A DNA stretch of 64,000 nt from an uncultured Tissierellia bacterium (GTDB lineage: Bacteria > Bacillota > Clostridia > Tissierellales > Tissierellaceae), in the NCBI GenBank assembly GCA_946402705.1, contig CAMIXG010000005.1:31506-95505 (forward strand), written 5' to 3'. Below, in pieces: positions 9,214-19,574 of this stretch. Position 1 is the first letter of the stretch, and every line of letters begins with the position of its first letter. The notes beneath the pieces are model-generated. The model was not told the origin of the DNA. It saw only the letters and a program-made list of their open reading frames with translations, and did not search any database. Both the position numbers and the translations under genes were made by a program.

Positions 9214-10995
9214 ATGAAGACATTAAAGGCAAAAATTAGTATGAGCTTTTTAGCTGTAATAATAATACTGACGACAGCAGGGCTACTTGTAACACAAATT
9301 ATCACTAGTAAGGTTAAGGATAGTTTTATGGAGGAGTATTCAAACGCTCTATATTCAAGCTATGATGATATGATAAAAAATGAAGTCGAAACTGGAGTTA
9401 GTATAGTAGAAGATTACCATAAAAGGTATGAAAGTGGTGAATTAACAGAGATAGAAGCTAAAGAGATGGCAAAAGACAGTATCAAGGCCATGAGATATGG
9501 AGAAGGCGGTTATCTTTGGATAGATTCAAAAGACTATATTTTACTAGCTCACCCTATGTTACCAGAACAAGAAGGTAATACAAGGGAAGGAATGAAGGAT
9601 GCAGATGGAAATAATTTCTTAAAAATCCTAATAGATAGTGGTTATAAAGAAAAATCAGGTGCCTATACAAGTTATCTGTGGGAAAAACCAGAAGATGTTG
9701 GAAGTGGAAAACTTACAGAGAAAAAGGCCTATTCAAAGGGTTTTGAACCATGGGGATGGGTTGTGAGTACTGGAAATTATGTGGATCACTTAGATGAAGA
9801 AGTGGGAGTAAAAACAGATTTATTAAATAGAAATATTGGGAAGATGAAACTAGTAACATCAATAATATTTATAATCCCAGGACTTATAGCTTTTGTTTTT
9901 TCGTTTTACTTAAGTAAGAAAATAACTAGGCCAGTGGATATACTATCATCATCAGTAGTTGAAAATAGTGATGGTACTTTATCTATAAATCAAGTTGATA
10001 TAGATTCAGAAGATGAGATAGGAAGTTTAGGTAAAAAGCTTGGGCTACTTGTTAATGAACTAAAAAAACAGTTGGATGAAACTAAAAATATATCTTCTGA
10101 TGTTAGAAGTATGTCAGATAAAAGTAGGGCAGAATTAGAAATGACACAGGCTACTTTGGAAGAACTACTTTTAGCAACGGAATCCATAGCACATGGGGCA
10201 GTTAATCAGGCTATGAAGACAGAAGAGGGAGCAGGTTCAGCCATAGAGCTTGGTGAGAGATTAAATAGACAGCAAGAAGATGTTACCTTGGTTATAAAGA
10301 GAATCAAAGAGATAGAAGCAACTAAGGATGAAGCTACAGCGGAAATGGAAGAATTAGAAAATAAAATGGAAACTACTAAGCATTATTCTCAAGAGGTAAG
10401 TAAGGCTGCCATGCTGACAAAAGAATTTACAGAAGATATAGAAGAAGCAAGTTCAGTTATCCATGGTCTAGCTAAGCAAACAAATCTACTAGCTTTAAAT
10501 GCTAGTATAGAAGCTGCAAGAGCAGGAGAAAATGGAAAGGGTTTTGCAGTTGTAGCTGAAGAGATTAGAAAACTTGCAGAGGAATCATCAGGATTTACAA
10601 ATAAGATTGATGAAGATTTAAAGAATCTTCAAATTCAAGTTGAAAAGTCTCTAAATATAAGTGAAGAAAATAATAAGGTAATAAATGAACAATTATTAGC
10701 AGTTGAAAATTCTGCAAAAAGTTTTGAAAAAATAGCAAAAGAAGTAGTTATAGTTACAAAACTTGTAAATAGAATAGAAAGTTCTAGTGATGCAGTTGAA
10801 AAAATGAAGGATGAGATAATGTATGTACTTGAAGAGCTTACAGCAACAGCTCAAGAAAACTCAAGTGCTACTGAAGAGCTTACAGCTAGTCTTTCAGAAC
10901 AGGCCAGAGTAGTTGAACAAGTTAAGGGCAATAGTATAGAATTATCTGGTTTATCAAAAGAATTAAATGAAAACATAGAAAAAATAAAAATATGA
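9214..10995 (+). CDS. Methyl-accepting chemotaxis protein with an extracellular single-Cache-type sensor
   Basis: N-terminal TM segment, a Cache-like [27 protein letters not shown] region, a second TM segment with HAMP, and the signalling hairpin [34 protein letters not shown]. Confidence 0.9.
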   Translation: MKTLKAKISMSFLAVIIILTTAGLLVTQIITSKVKDSFMEEYSNALYSSYDDMIKNEVETGVSIVEDYHKRYESGELTEIEAKEMAKDSIKAMRYGEGGYLWIDSKDYILLAHPMLPEQEGNTREGMKDADGNNFLKILIDSGYKEKSGAYTSYLWEKPEDVGSGKLTEKKAYSKGFEPWGWVVSTGNYVDHLDEEVGVKTDLLNRNIGKMKLVTSIIFIIPGLIAFVFSFYLSKKITRPVDILSSSVVENSDGTLSINQVDIDSEDEIGSLGKKLGLLVNELKKQLDETKNISSDVRSMSDKSRAELEMTQATLEELLLATESIAHGAVNQAMKTEEGAGSAIELGERLNRQQEDVTLVIKRIKEIEATKDEATAEMEELENKMETTKHYSQEVSKAAMLTKEFTEDIEEASSVIHGLAKQTNLLALNASIEAARAGENGKGFAVVAEEIRKLAEESSGFTNKIDEDLKNLQIQVEKSLNISEENNKVINEQLLAVENSAKSFEKIAKEVVIVTKLVNRIESSSDAVEKMKDEIMYVLEELTATAQENSSATEELTASLSEQARVVEQVKGNSIELSGLSKELNENIEKIKI

Positions 10996-11025
10996 TGATA
11001 TAATACCTTAATGATATTATCTGAT

Positions 11026-11057
11026 ATAACCACTCTTGATGAGTGGTTATGTTTTTT
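11026..11057 (+). terminator. Rho-independent terminator after the MCP gene
   Basis: The stem ataaccactc / gagtggttat is followed by gtttttt. Confidence 0.8.
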
Positions 11058-11187
11058 CTATATTTGTGGAGATGTGATATAATTTATATTAGTTTTTTAA
11101 TATAGATATGGCAGAGCAATAATTTTCACTTTTTAATACATTGTGTTAAAATGTTTAGTGGAATTAAATTAAGAGAGAAGGTAAAAA

Positions 11188-12999
11188 ATGGTTAAATTAA
11201 GAGAAGATGTTAGAAATGTTGCTATAGTAGCCCATGTTGATCATGGTAAAACTACTTTAGTAGATAGTATGTTAAGAGGTTCAGGGGTATTTAGGGAAAA
11301 TCAAGCAGTTAAAGATAGAGTTATGGATTCTAATGATATAGAAAAAGAAAGAGGAATTACAATACTTTCTAAAAATACTGCAATTAACTATGATGGAGTT
11401 AAAATAAATGTAATAGATACACCAGGACATGCGGATTTTGGTGGAGAAGTTGAACGTGTTTTAAAGATGGTTAACGGTGTAGTTTTAGTAGTAGATGCTT
11501 TTGAAGGACCAATGCCACAAACAAAGTTTGTACTTAGAAAAGCGTTTGATTTAAATTTACCTGTAATAGTTTGTCTAAATAAAATGGATAGACCAGGAGC
11601 TAGACCAGATGAAGTAATAGATGAAGTTTTAGAATTATTTATAGAACTTGGTGCAGATGAATCTATATTAGAATGTCCATTTGTATTTGCAGCAGCTAGA
11701 GATGGAAAAGCTGGACTTGATAAAGATAACTTAAAAGATAATATGAATGATTTATTTGAAACTATAATAGGTAATATACCAGCTCCAGAAGGAGATGTAG
11801 ATTCAGATTTACAAATATTAATATCTACAATAGATTACAATGAGTATGTAGGTAGAATTGGTGTAGGTAAAGTAGAAAAAGGTGTTATAAAAGTAGGGCA
11901 AGAGGCTATACTTGTAAACAAGGAAGATGAAAATAAAAAACAAAAATTTAGAGTAACTAAATTATTTGAATTTGAAGGTCTAGAAAGAATAGAAGTTCAA
12001 GAATCTAAAGCAGGAAGTATAGTTGCTATATCAGGTGTTGAAAACATTAATATAGGAGATACTATATGTGGAAATGTTTCAGACCCTGTCGCTCTTCCAT
12101 TTGTAAAAATATCAGAACCAACACTATCAATGACTTTCTCAGTAAATAACAGTCCATTAGCTGGACAAGAGGGAGAATTTGTAACATCTAGACAAATAAA
12201 AGCTAGATTATTCCACGAATTACAAACAGATGTTGGACTTAGAGTAGAAGAAACAGATGCAACAGATGCATTTAAGGTATCTGGACGTGGAGAGCTTCAC
12301 TTATCTGTATTAATAGAAAATATGAGAAGAGAAGGATTTGAGTTCCAAGTTTCTAAACCAGAAGTTTTAATAAAAACTATAGATGGTAAGAAGATGGAAC
12401 CTATGGAAGATGTATCTATAGATGTATCTAGTGAATTCTCTGGTACAGTAATAGAAAAGTTAGGTAGAAGAAAAGGTGAACTTGTATCTATGGGTGAATC
12501 TAAAGGTGGATACTCAAGACTTGTATTCCAAATACCAGCAAGAGGTCTTATAGGGTACAGACAAGAGTTTTTAACTGATACTAAGGGTAATGGTATACTA
12601 AACTCTGTATTCGCAGGATATGAGCCTTTTAAAGGAGAGATACCAAGAAGAAAAACTGGTTCATTAATATCATTTGAAACAGGCGAATCTACTGCATATG
12701 GTTTACATGGTGTGCAAGATAGAGGAGTTTTATTTATAGAGCCAGGTGAAAAAGTATATACAGGTATGATTGTTGGAGCTAATCCAAAGGGAATGGACGT
12801 AGATATAAACATCTGTAGGAAAAAGAAACAAACAAATGTTAGGGCTTCTGGTACAGATGATTCACTAAGTCTTTCTCCTGTAAAGAAATTATCACTAGAA
12901 GAATCTTTAGAGTTTATAGAAAGCGATGAGCTAATAGAAGTAACACCTAAAAACTTTAGATTAAGAAAGAAAATATTAACAGGAAAACGTTATAAATAA
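11188..12999 (+). CDS. typA: Translational GTPase TypA/BipA
   Basis: G1 motif AHVDHGKTT, G3 motif DTPGHADFGGEVER, NKMDR, and an EF-G-like C-terminal organisation. Confidence 0.95.
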   Translation: MVKLREDVRNVAIVAHVDHGKTTLVDSMLRGSGVFRENQAVKDRVMDSNDIEKERGITILSKNTAINYDGVKINVIDTPGHADFGGEVERVLKMVNGVVLVVDAFEGPMPQTKFVLRKAFDLNLPVIVCLNKMDRPGARPDEVIDEVLELFIELGADESILECPFVFAAARDGKAGLDKDNLKDNMNDLFETIIGNIPAPEGDVDSDLQILISTIDYNEYVGRIGVGKVEKGVIKVGQEAILVNKEDENKKQKFRVTKLFEFEGLERIEVQESKAGSIVAISGVENINIGDTICGNVSDPVALPFVKISEPTLSMTFSVNNSPLAGQEGEFVTSRQIKARLFHELQTDVGLRVEETDATDAFKVSGRGELHLSVLIENMRREGFEFQVSKPEVLIKTIDGKKMEPMEDVSIDVSSEFSGTVIEKLGRRKGELVSMGESKGGYSRLVFQIPARGLIGYRQEFLTDTKGNGILNSVFAGYEPFKGEIPRRKTGSLISFETGESTAYGLHGVQDRGVLFIEPGEKVYTGMIVGANPKGMDVDINICRKKKQTNVRASGTDDSLSLSPVKKLSLEESLEFIESDELIEVTPKNFRLRKKILTGKRYK

Positions 13000-13015
13000 G
13001 TAATAGAAAGGTGAG

Positions 13016-14491
13016 GTGATCTTTTTGAATACAGTTATAAATGGAGTGGCATGGTTTTCCAAAAATATAATTTGGATGAATATAATATTTGGATGTATTA
13101 TTGTATTTTTTGAGAGGAGAAATGCTAAGACAACTTGGCTATGGCTAATGGTATTAACTTTTATACCGGGTTTAGGATTTATTCTATATCTTGTTTTTGG
13201 GCAGGATTTTTCAAAAGAGAAAAAATTTCATGGAAAACTTATTGATGACTTACAAAAAGATCACATCGCACATACACAATTAAAGTCAATAAGAAGTGGA
13301 AAATATAAATTTAATGATGAAGAGTACTACAAGCATTTGGATTTTATTAATATGAACTTAAATAGTTCTCAAGCTGTGTTGACTGAAGATAATGATATAA
13401 AATTATATTTCAAAGGTGTAGACAAATTTAAGGCCTTAATAGAAGAAATAAATAAGGCTCAAGAGTATGTCTTATTACAATATTATATAATCAAGTCTGA
13501 TAGTTTAGGGATGTCAGTTATAGATGCCCTATGTGAAAAGGCTAGAGAAGGTAAGGACGTTAAGGTACTATATGATGGTATGGGTGGTAGAGGATTATCA
13601 AAGGAAGCAGTGGAGAAAATGCATAAAGCAGGAGTTAAAACTGCAGAATTTTTCCCTCCTTTTGGTAAAAAACTAGCCATAAGAATTAATTATAGAAACC
13701 ATAGAAAAATTTGTGTAATAGATGGTAGAGTAGGTTTTGTTGGCGGATTTAACATAGGTGACGAATATGTAGGTTTAAGCAAGAAATTTGGAGACTGGAG
13801 AGATACTCATACAAAAATTGAAGGCTCAGCAGTTAGATGGTTACAGTGGAGATTTTTACTTGATTGGAGATTCTCTAACAAGGGAAAAGATTTTGACCAA
13901 CAAATTTATAGAACTAGCATACTAGAATCTGAAAAAAAAGGTACATCTGGAATACAGATAGTTACTTCAGGACCCGATTCAAAGTGGCCTAGTATAAGAG
14001 ATAGTTATCTTAGGATGATATCCAATGCGAAGGACAAAGTATATATAGAATCACCTTACTTTATACCAGATGATGCCCTACAAGAAGCACTTAGGACAGC
14101 ATCTCTTTCAGGTATAGATGTTAGAATTATGATACCAGATAGACCAGACCATCCTTTTGTATATTGGGCTTCACTTAGTTATATAGGAGCACTTATAAAA
14201 TCAGGAGTAAAATGTTATACTTATGGTAGAGGTTTTTTACATTCAAAAGTAGTTATTATGGATGACTTTATATCTTCAGTTGGAACAGCCAATATGGATA
14301 TAAGAAGTTTTGAGCTAAATTTTGAGGTAAATGCCTTTATATATGATAAGGAAATCAATAGGGAATTAACAGAGAAATTTATAAATGATATAGAATATTG
14401 TAAGGAAATTACATTGGAAGATTATAAAAATAGATCTAAAATAGTTAGGATAAAAGAATCAGTATCTAGATTATTATCTCCAATCTTATAG
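13016..14491 (+). CDS. cls: Cardiolipin synthase
   Basis: Two N-terminal TM helices and two HKD motifs (HRKICVIDGRVGFVGGFNIGDEY and LHSKVVIMDDFISSVGTANMD). The start is ambiguous between GTG 13016 and TTG 13025. Confidence 0.9.
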   Translation: MIFLNTVINGVAWFSKNIIWMNIIFGCIIVFFERRNAKTTWLWLMVLTFIPGLGFILYLVFGQDFSKEKKFHGKLIDDLQKDHIAHTQLKSIRSGKYKFNDEEYYKHLDFINMNLNSSQAVLTEDNDIKLYFKGVDKFKALIEEINKAQEYVLLQYYIIKSDSLGMSVIDALCEKAREGKDVKVLYDGMGGRGLSKEAVEKMHKAGVKTAEFFPPFGKKLAIRINYRNHRKICVIDGRVGFVGGFNIGDEYVGLSKKFGDWRDTHTKIEGSAVRWLQWRFLLDWRFSNKGKDFDQQIYRTSILESEKKGTSGIQIVTSGPDSKWPSIRDSYLRMISNAKDKVYIESPYFIPDDALQEALRTASLSGIDVRIMIPDRPDHPFVYWASLSYIGALIKSGVKCYTYGRGFLHSKVVIMDDFISSVGTANMDIRSFELNFEVNAFIYDKEINRELTEKFINDIEYCKEITLEDYKNRSKIVRIKESVSRLLSPIL

Positions 14492-14503
14492 GAGTGTGAA
14501 CAA

Positions 14504-15367
14504 ATGAGTTTGAAAATAGTAACAGATAGTGCTTGTGACTTACCAAGAGATATAATAGATGAACTAGAAATATTAACAATTCCATTAAATCTAATAACTA
14601 GTGAAGATGAGTATAGGGATAAGGAAACAATAATGCCCTCGGAATTATATAATAAAATGAGAAGTGGAATTGAATTTACTACATCACAATCAACTCCAGA
14701 GTTAGTCTATGAAAGATTTGAAAAAGAGTTGGATAAGGGAAATGATTTACTTTATATATGTTTTTCATCAGGGCTTTCAGGGCAATATCAAATGGCAAAG
14801 ATGATTGTGGATGATTTAAAAGATAGATATAAAGATAGAGAAATATATATAATAGATTCAAAGGCAGCTTGTACTGGCATGGGACTTATGGTTAAGTATG
14901 CTGGTGAAATGCAAAGAGATGGAAAAACTGCAGAAGAAATAATCTCAGCAGTAGAGTACTACTCTAAAAATATAAATCATATAATCTTAATAGATGATAT
15001 GCAGTACTTGTACAAGGGTGGACGAATAACAACAGCTCAAGTTGTAACAGGTGGACTTTTAAATATAAAACCTATAATAACTATGGATACAGAAGGAAAG
15101 CTTAAGTTTACAGAAAAAGCTAGGGGTAGAAAAAAACTACTAAAAAAGACAGAAGAACTAATTTTGGAATATAATTGTGGAGATATATCAAATCAGGTAG
15201 TTGGTATAGTTTATGGTGATAATAGAGAAATGGCAGAAGAAATAAGAGAGCTTTTAATGGAAAAATTTCAGCCAAAGGAAATAATCATAGAAAACATAGG
15301 ACCTACAATTGCAGTTCATACTGGTCCTGATGTAATTGGAATAACTTTTTTAAATAAAAAACTGTAA
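14504..15367 (+). CDS. DegV family fatty-acid-binding protein
   Basis: KIVTDSACDLP N-terminus, TSQSTP motif, the typical length of about 285 aa, and a C-terminal HTGPDVIG motif. Confidence 0.88.
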   Translation: MSLKIVTDSACDLPRDIIDELEILTIPLNLITSEDEYRDKETIMPSELYNKMRSGIEFTTSQSTPELVYERFEKELDKGNDLLYICFSSGLSGQYQMAKMIVDDLKDRYKDREIYIIDSKAACTGMGLMVKYAGEMQRDGKTAEEIISAVEYYSKNINHIILIDDMQYLYKGGRITTAQVVTGGLLNIKPIITMDTEGKLKFTEKARGRKKLLKKTEELILEYNCGDISNQVVGIVYGDNREMAEEIRELLMEKFQPKEIIIENIGPTIAVHTGPDVIGITFLNKKL

Positions 15368-15386
15368 CTAAAATAGGGGGGATTGT

Positions 15387-16112
15387 ATGAAAAATGTAGT
15401 AGCATTTTTTGATATAGATGGAACTATATTTAGAAATTCTTTGATGATAGAACATTTTAAGAAATTGATTAAATATGAGGTAATAGACCCTGCATTATGG
15501 TATGGACAAATAAAAGATGTATATAAAGTATGGTATTCAAGGTTTGGAGAGTATGAAGAATATCTTGAATTACTTGCAAAAGTGTACTTAGAAGAATTAA
15601 AGGGCGTAAATAAAATGCAAATAGATTTTATAGCTAGCCAGGTAATAAATGTTGAGGGAGATATGGTATATAAGTATTCCAGAGACCAGATACAATGGCA
15701 TTTAAACCAAGGACACAAGGTTATATTCATATCAGGAAGTCCAGATTTTCTAGTTGAAAAGATGGCTCAAAAATACAATGCCACAGATTTTAGAGGTACA
15801 CAGTATATAGTAGATGAAAACAATCAATTTACAGGAGAGTTAGTTAGGATGTGGGATTCTGTAAGTAAACAAGAGGCTCTTGATGAGCTTATAGATAAGT
15901 ATCAGGTAGACCTAGGAAATAGTTATGCTTATGGAGATACAACAGGAGATTTTTCAATGCTTAAAATGGTTGGAAATCCAGTGGCAATAAATCCTAATAA
16001 GCCCTTACTATTGGAAATAAAGGCTGATGACTATCTTAGTGAAAAGGCAAAGATAATCATTGAAAGAAAAGATGTAATCTATACATTAGATTCAAAAGTA
16101 GATATATTATAA
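15387..16112 (+). CDS. HAD-IB family hydrolase (SerB-like fold)
   Basis: Motif I FFDIDGT, motif II ISGSP, and motif IV YGDTTGDFSML. Confidence 0.8.
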   Translation: MKNVVAFFDIDGTIFRNSLMIEHFKKLIKYEVIDPALWYGQIKDVYKVWYSRFGEYEEYLELLAKVYLEELKGVNKMQIDFIASQVINVEGDMVYKYSRDQIQWHLNQGHKVIFISGSPDFLVEKMAQKYNATDFRGTQYIVDENNQFTGELVRMWDSVSKQEALDELIDKYQVDLGNSYAYGDTTGDFSMLKMVGNPVAINPNKPLLLEIKADDYLSEKAKIIIERKDVIYTLDSKVDIL

Positions 16113-16216
16113 TAGGTAGATAGCTAAAGTGCATTCTAAAATGTCCTATATTATGTGGGCATAAAGGTGCATTTTTATATTACAAAAAAATAGATAGAGT
16201 TAAAGTGGAGGTAAAT

Positions 16217-16576
16217 ATGAAATTTTCTTGGGTAACAATATATGTAAAGGATTTAGAGAAATCTTTAGATTTTTATAATGGAATATTTGGTCTTAGAATC
16301 AGTAGTTTAACTGAGGAAATAAAAATGGCTATGTTGGGAGAAGATGATGAACCAAAGCTTGAAATATTACAAACAGAAGAAGATATAGATACAAGTGCAA
16401 ATTTAGGATTTTGTATTGGACTCGAAGTAGAGTCTCTTGAAGAAACTAAAAAAGTTTTAGAAGAAAATAATATTGAGCTTTTAAGAGATGTAGTTTCTCC
16501 AGCACCTTATATTAAGTTTATGTTTGTAAAAGATCCAGATGGTTACGAAGTACAGTTAATAGAATTTATAAAATAA
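16217..16576 (+). CDS. VOC/glyoxalase family protein
   Basis: The segments SWVTIYVKDLEKSLDFYNGIFGL and FVKDPDGYEVQLIE are typical of glyoxalase-fold proteins. ATG 16217 is preferred because RBS ggagg lies 7 nt upstream. Confidence 0.8.
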   Translation: MKFSWVTIYVKDLEKSLDFYNGIFGLRISSLTEEIKMAMLGEDDEPKLEILQTEEDIDTSANLGFCIGLEVESLEETKKVLEENNIELLRDVVSPAPYIKFMFVKDPDGYEVQLIEFIK

Positions 16577-16580
16577 AAAA

Positions 16581-16610
16581 ATGACAAAATCTCATTTGAG
16601 ATTTTGTCAT
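16581..16610. terminator. Bidirectional terminator between the convergent VOC and helicase genes
   Basis: A perfect 14-bp stem atgacaaaatctca / tgagattttgtcat is flanked by an A-run and a T-run. Confidence 0.85.
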
Positions 16611-16612
16611 TT

Positions 16613-18451
16613 TTATTTTTTAGTTATATCAGAAATAAATCTGGAAGAATGAACTGATGATGAGTCTACCATATCGATTGAAAACATTGTTAGATTATGT
16701 TTTGCCCTAGTCATAGCAACATAAAATAGTCTTCGTTCTTCTTCTATAAGTTTAAAATCATCTTTATTATCAGCTTCATCTATACTAGTTGAGGATGGAA
16801 AATCTCCCTCAACTAAATCAATCATATAGACATTTTCAAATTCTAGACCTTTGGCAGAGTGAATAGTGCTAAGCTTTACATTGGTATCATTAGAATTTAA
16901 ACATTTATACTTGAGATAGTCTAATTTTTTGAAAAAATCATGGTGGGTCTTACACTCACTAGATATAAGCTCTAAAAATTTTATAATCAAAGATAGATTA
17001 GAAAAACTATAGCCAAATTTATCACTAAATTCTTTTAGATAATCAAGATATTTTAAATCATACTTTATATATCTAATTGCCTCCTGAGGGGAAAGCTTGT
17101 TTATTAAATCAAAATCAGCCTCCAACTCATTTAAGGTTTTTATATAGAATAATTTTATGTCAGGAAAGGATTTTATTCTAGTAAAAACTGAAGAGTTAGA
17201 ATCTAATTTCTTGGCATATTCTATGTGTTTTTTTGAAATATAACCCTTTTTCTTATAGTATATTTTTTCATAGATGGAGATGTTATTTGTATCAGCTGCA
17301 AAGAAAATAAAGTTTCTTATGTCTTCTAAAATCCAGTGATTAAAAAACTTAAGGTTTTTGTCTTTTACAGTAAAACCAAGGTTATTTTTATCCAGCTCAT
17401 TGATTAAACCTATTGCGGAAATATTATTTCTATATAAAACTGCATATTCCTTTTCAGGATTATTTTTTATATCATCAATTATATACTTGTATTGATCTTC
17501 AAGTTTATCTAATTTAATAAGCCTAACAGGACTTTGAAAATTATTAGAAGTAAAAATATCTTTCTTAAATCTTTTAATATTATTTGATATTAAAGAATTA
17601 GAAGCTGATACAATATTTTCTGTAGACCTAAAATTTTCTTCCATTAGGAAGATTTTTGCATCCTTATACATATCTGAGAATTTAAGGAGAGCATCTGGAT
17701 AAGCTCCACGAAAACCATAGATTGACTGGTCATCATCTGCCACTACAAAGATATTATTATTATTTTGTGAAAGCAGTCTTATAATTTCCATTTGTATAAG
17801 AGAAGTATCTTGGGCCTCATCTACTTGTATAAAGTCATATAGCTTTTGATATCTACTTAGAGTAGTAGGATTATCCAATAATATTTTATAGCTAAGAGAA
17901 AGCATATCATCAAAATCCATGTAATTATTTTCTATTTTTATTCGTTCATATTCATAGTAAATTTCACTAAAGTTTGGTATATCCTTGGGATTTATCTTGT
18001 CTGGTGAAATCATCATATTTTTTACATAACCTACATGATTGAGTAGGTTTTCCATAGCATCTTCAGTAATAAAGGCATTATTTAACTTTAAAAATATATC
18101 TTTTAATAGGAAATATTTATTTATCTGATTTCGGCTATCTTCAATTAAGGTATAGGTAATCCTATTTTCCCTAGCATAATTTAAAATTAAAGAAAAACAA
18201 AAACTGTGGATAGTAGAAAATTTTACACCATTTATATTATCAAAAACACTAGTGAATCTTTTTCTCATGTCTTCAGCAGATGCCTTACTAAAAGTTATGG
18301 AAAGTATTTTTCTTGGATCAACCTTATATTTATTTATTAAATTGGCAGTTCTGTGGATTAAAACTGTAGTTTTACCAGCACCTGGTACAGCTAAAATTAA
18401 AGCTGGTCCTAGATAATGGTTAACTGCTAAGTTTTGTTGATTAGTTAGCAA
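16613..18451 (-). CDS. UvrD/Rep-family ATP-dependent DNA helicase (short, 612 aa)
   Basis: Walker A AVPGAGKTT, motif II VDEAQDTS, motif III SIYGFRGA, and C-terminal TIHSAKGLEF and YVAMTRAK motifs. Confidence 0.88.
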   Translation of the reverse strand: MLTNQQNLAVNHYLGPALILAVPGAGKTTVLIHRTANLINKYKVDPRKILSITFSKASAEDMRKRFTSVFDNINGVKFSTIHSFCFSLILNYARENRITYTLIEDSRNQINKYFLLKDIFLKLNNAFITEDAMENLLNHVGYVKNMMISPDKINPKDIPNFSEIYYEYERIKIENNYMDFDDMLSLSYKILLDNPTTLSRYQKLYDFIQVDEAQDTSLIQMEIIRLLSQNNNNIFVVADDDQSIYGFRGAYPDALLKFSDMYKDAKIFLMEENFRSTENIVSASNSLISNNIKRFKKDIFTSNNFQSPVRLIKLDKLEDQYKYIIDDIKNNPEKEYAVLYRNNISAIGLINELDKNNLGFTVKDKNLKFFNHWILEDIRNFIFFAADTNNISIYEKIYYKKKGYISKKHIEYAKKLDSNSSVFTRIKSFPDIKLFYIKTLNELEADFDLINKLSPQEAIRYIKYDLKYLDYLKEFSDKFGYSFSNLSLIIKFLELISSECKTHHDFFKKLDYLKYKCLNSNDTNVKLSTIHSAKGLEFENVYMIDLVEGDFPSSTSIDEADNKDDFKLIEEERRLFYVAMTRAKHNLTMFSIDMVDSSSVHSSRFISDITKK

Positions 18452-18559
18452 TGATTAACACCTCTTCATTAATATATATTTACTATAATATCATAATTTG
18501 GTAAAAATACATTAACTATATGGTATAATATAGGTAGTAAAACTTAGGGAGGTATGTAT

Positions 18560-19354
18560 ATGTCAATGTCTAGTTTTTTATTAAACAGAGAATCGACTAG
18601 AGAATTTAAAAACAAAAGTATAAAAGAGGGAATTTTAGACTTAGTTGAAAATGCTATCTTAGATCTTAGATCTGAAAATGATGGAAGATATAATGTAGAT
18701 TTCAAACTAATAAAAAATGGTAGCAATTTATATGAAGAATTAAAAAATGTTGGTGGATATGCAGGAGTAATGATTGAAAGCCCAAGTTACATAGCTTTAT
18801 CTGCAAAAGAAGATGTTAAAGACCAGTTATATGCTGCTTATTCAATGGAAAAATTAATAAGTAAATTAAATGGACTAAACTTAGGTTCTTGCTGGGTTTC
18901 ATTAGCTGGAGTACCAGCAGATGTTAAAGAAAAATTATTGGGATCAGATGTAGATTTTTTACTTGCAATTGGTGAGAAAAAATTAAAAAATCCTTTTTTA
19001 AGAGAAGTATTTAGTGAGAGAAAAGAAATAAAAGAAATAGTATATGCAGAAGAATTTGGTAAAGAAATAGATTTAGATGAATTAGAAGGAAAAGGTTTAC
19101 TAGACTTATTCTACTATATAAGATTTGCTCCTTCTACTAAAAACCTTCAACCATGGAGATTTGTGGTAAGCAATAAGAAAGTTGTTCTTTATTTAGATAA
19201 AGAAGTAGTAGAAACTTATGGTGTAGCAGATGCTGGTATAGTAATGTACTATTTTGAAGAACTAGCTAAAATGATTAACTTAAATACAGAGTGGTCATTA
19301 TTAGGATTTGAAGAGAAAAATGGATATATAGAAGTAGCAGAAATTGAATTATAA
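18560..19354 (+). CDS. Nitroreductase-family protein
   Basis: The SPSYIAL, GSCWV and PSTKNLQPWRF segments resemble the nitroreductase fold. ATG 18560 is preferred because RBS agggagg lies 7 nt upstream. Confidence 0.65.
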   Translation: MSMSSFLLNRESTREFKNKSIKEGILDLVENAILDLRSENDGRYNVDFKLIKNGSNLYEELKNVGGYAGVMIESPSYIALSAKEDVKDQLYAAYSMEKLISKLNGLNLGSCWVSLAGVPADVKEKLLGSDVDFLLAIGEKKLKNPFLREVFSERKEIKEIVYAEEFGKEIDLDELEGKGLLDLFYYIRFAPSTKNLQPWRFVVSNKKVVLYLDKEVVETYGVADAGIVMYYFEELAKMINLNTEWSLLGFEEKNGYIEVAEIEL

Positions 19355-19368
19355 AATATCTTAATAGG

Positions 19369-19402
19369 AAAGATACTATCAAATATGGTAGTATCTTTTT
19401 TT
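19369..19402 (+). terminator. Rho-independent terminator
   Basis: The stem aaagatactatc / ggtagtatcttt is followed by a T-run. Confidence 0.8.
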
Positions 19403-19495
19403 ATTTTAAAAATCAATATATAAGCGTGAACGAAAGACTATATAAAATATATTGGATTATTTCTAAAAATATGAAATAAAATCTATAAACAAACC

Positions 19496-19524
19496 TTGAC
19501 AATAGTATACATAGAAACTATACT
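19496..19524 (+). promoter_or_regulatory. SigA-type promoter of the P1B ATPase gene
   Basis: TTGACA (19496-19501), a 17-nt spacer, and TATACT (19519-19524). Confidence 0.65.
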
Positions 19525-19532
19525 ATAATTAA

Positions 19533-19556
19533 ACATATGAACAAACGCTCATATGA
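19533..19556 (+). promoter_or_regulatory. ArsR/SmtB (CzrA-type)-like operator inverted repeat
   Basis: ACATATGAacaaacgcTCATATGA lies immediately downstream of the -10 element. The half-sites resemble the ATATGAAC..GTTCATAT motif reported for Zn/Cd-sensing ArsR-family repressors. Confidence 0.5.
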
Positions 19557-19574
19557 AGAGGGGAGGAAATAATT

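Noticed and set aside
11109-11120. TGGCAGAGCAAT, superficially resembling a sigma-54 -24/-12 promoter, upstream of typA.
   Set aside because: The GG-to-GC spacing is about 5 nt instead of the required 10 nt, so it does not fit TGGCAC-N5-TTGCW.
15368-15730. A 120-aa minus-strand ORF overlapping the start of the HAD hydrolase gene.
   Set aside because: It is antisense to a gene with clear HAD motifs and a good RBS. Its own product has no motif and no RBS.
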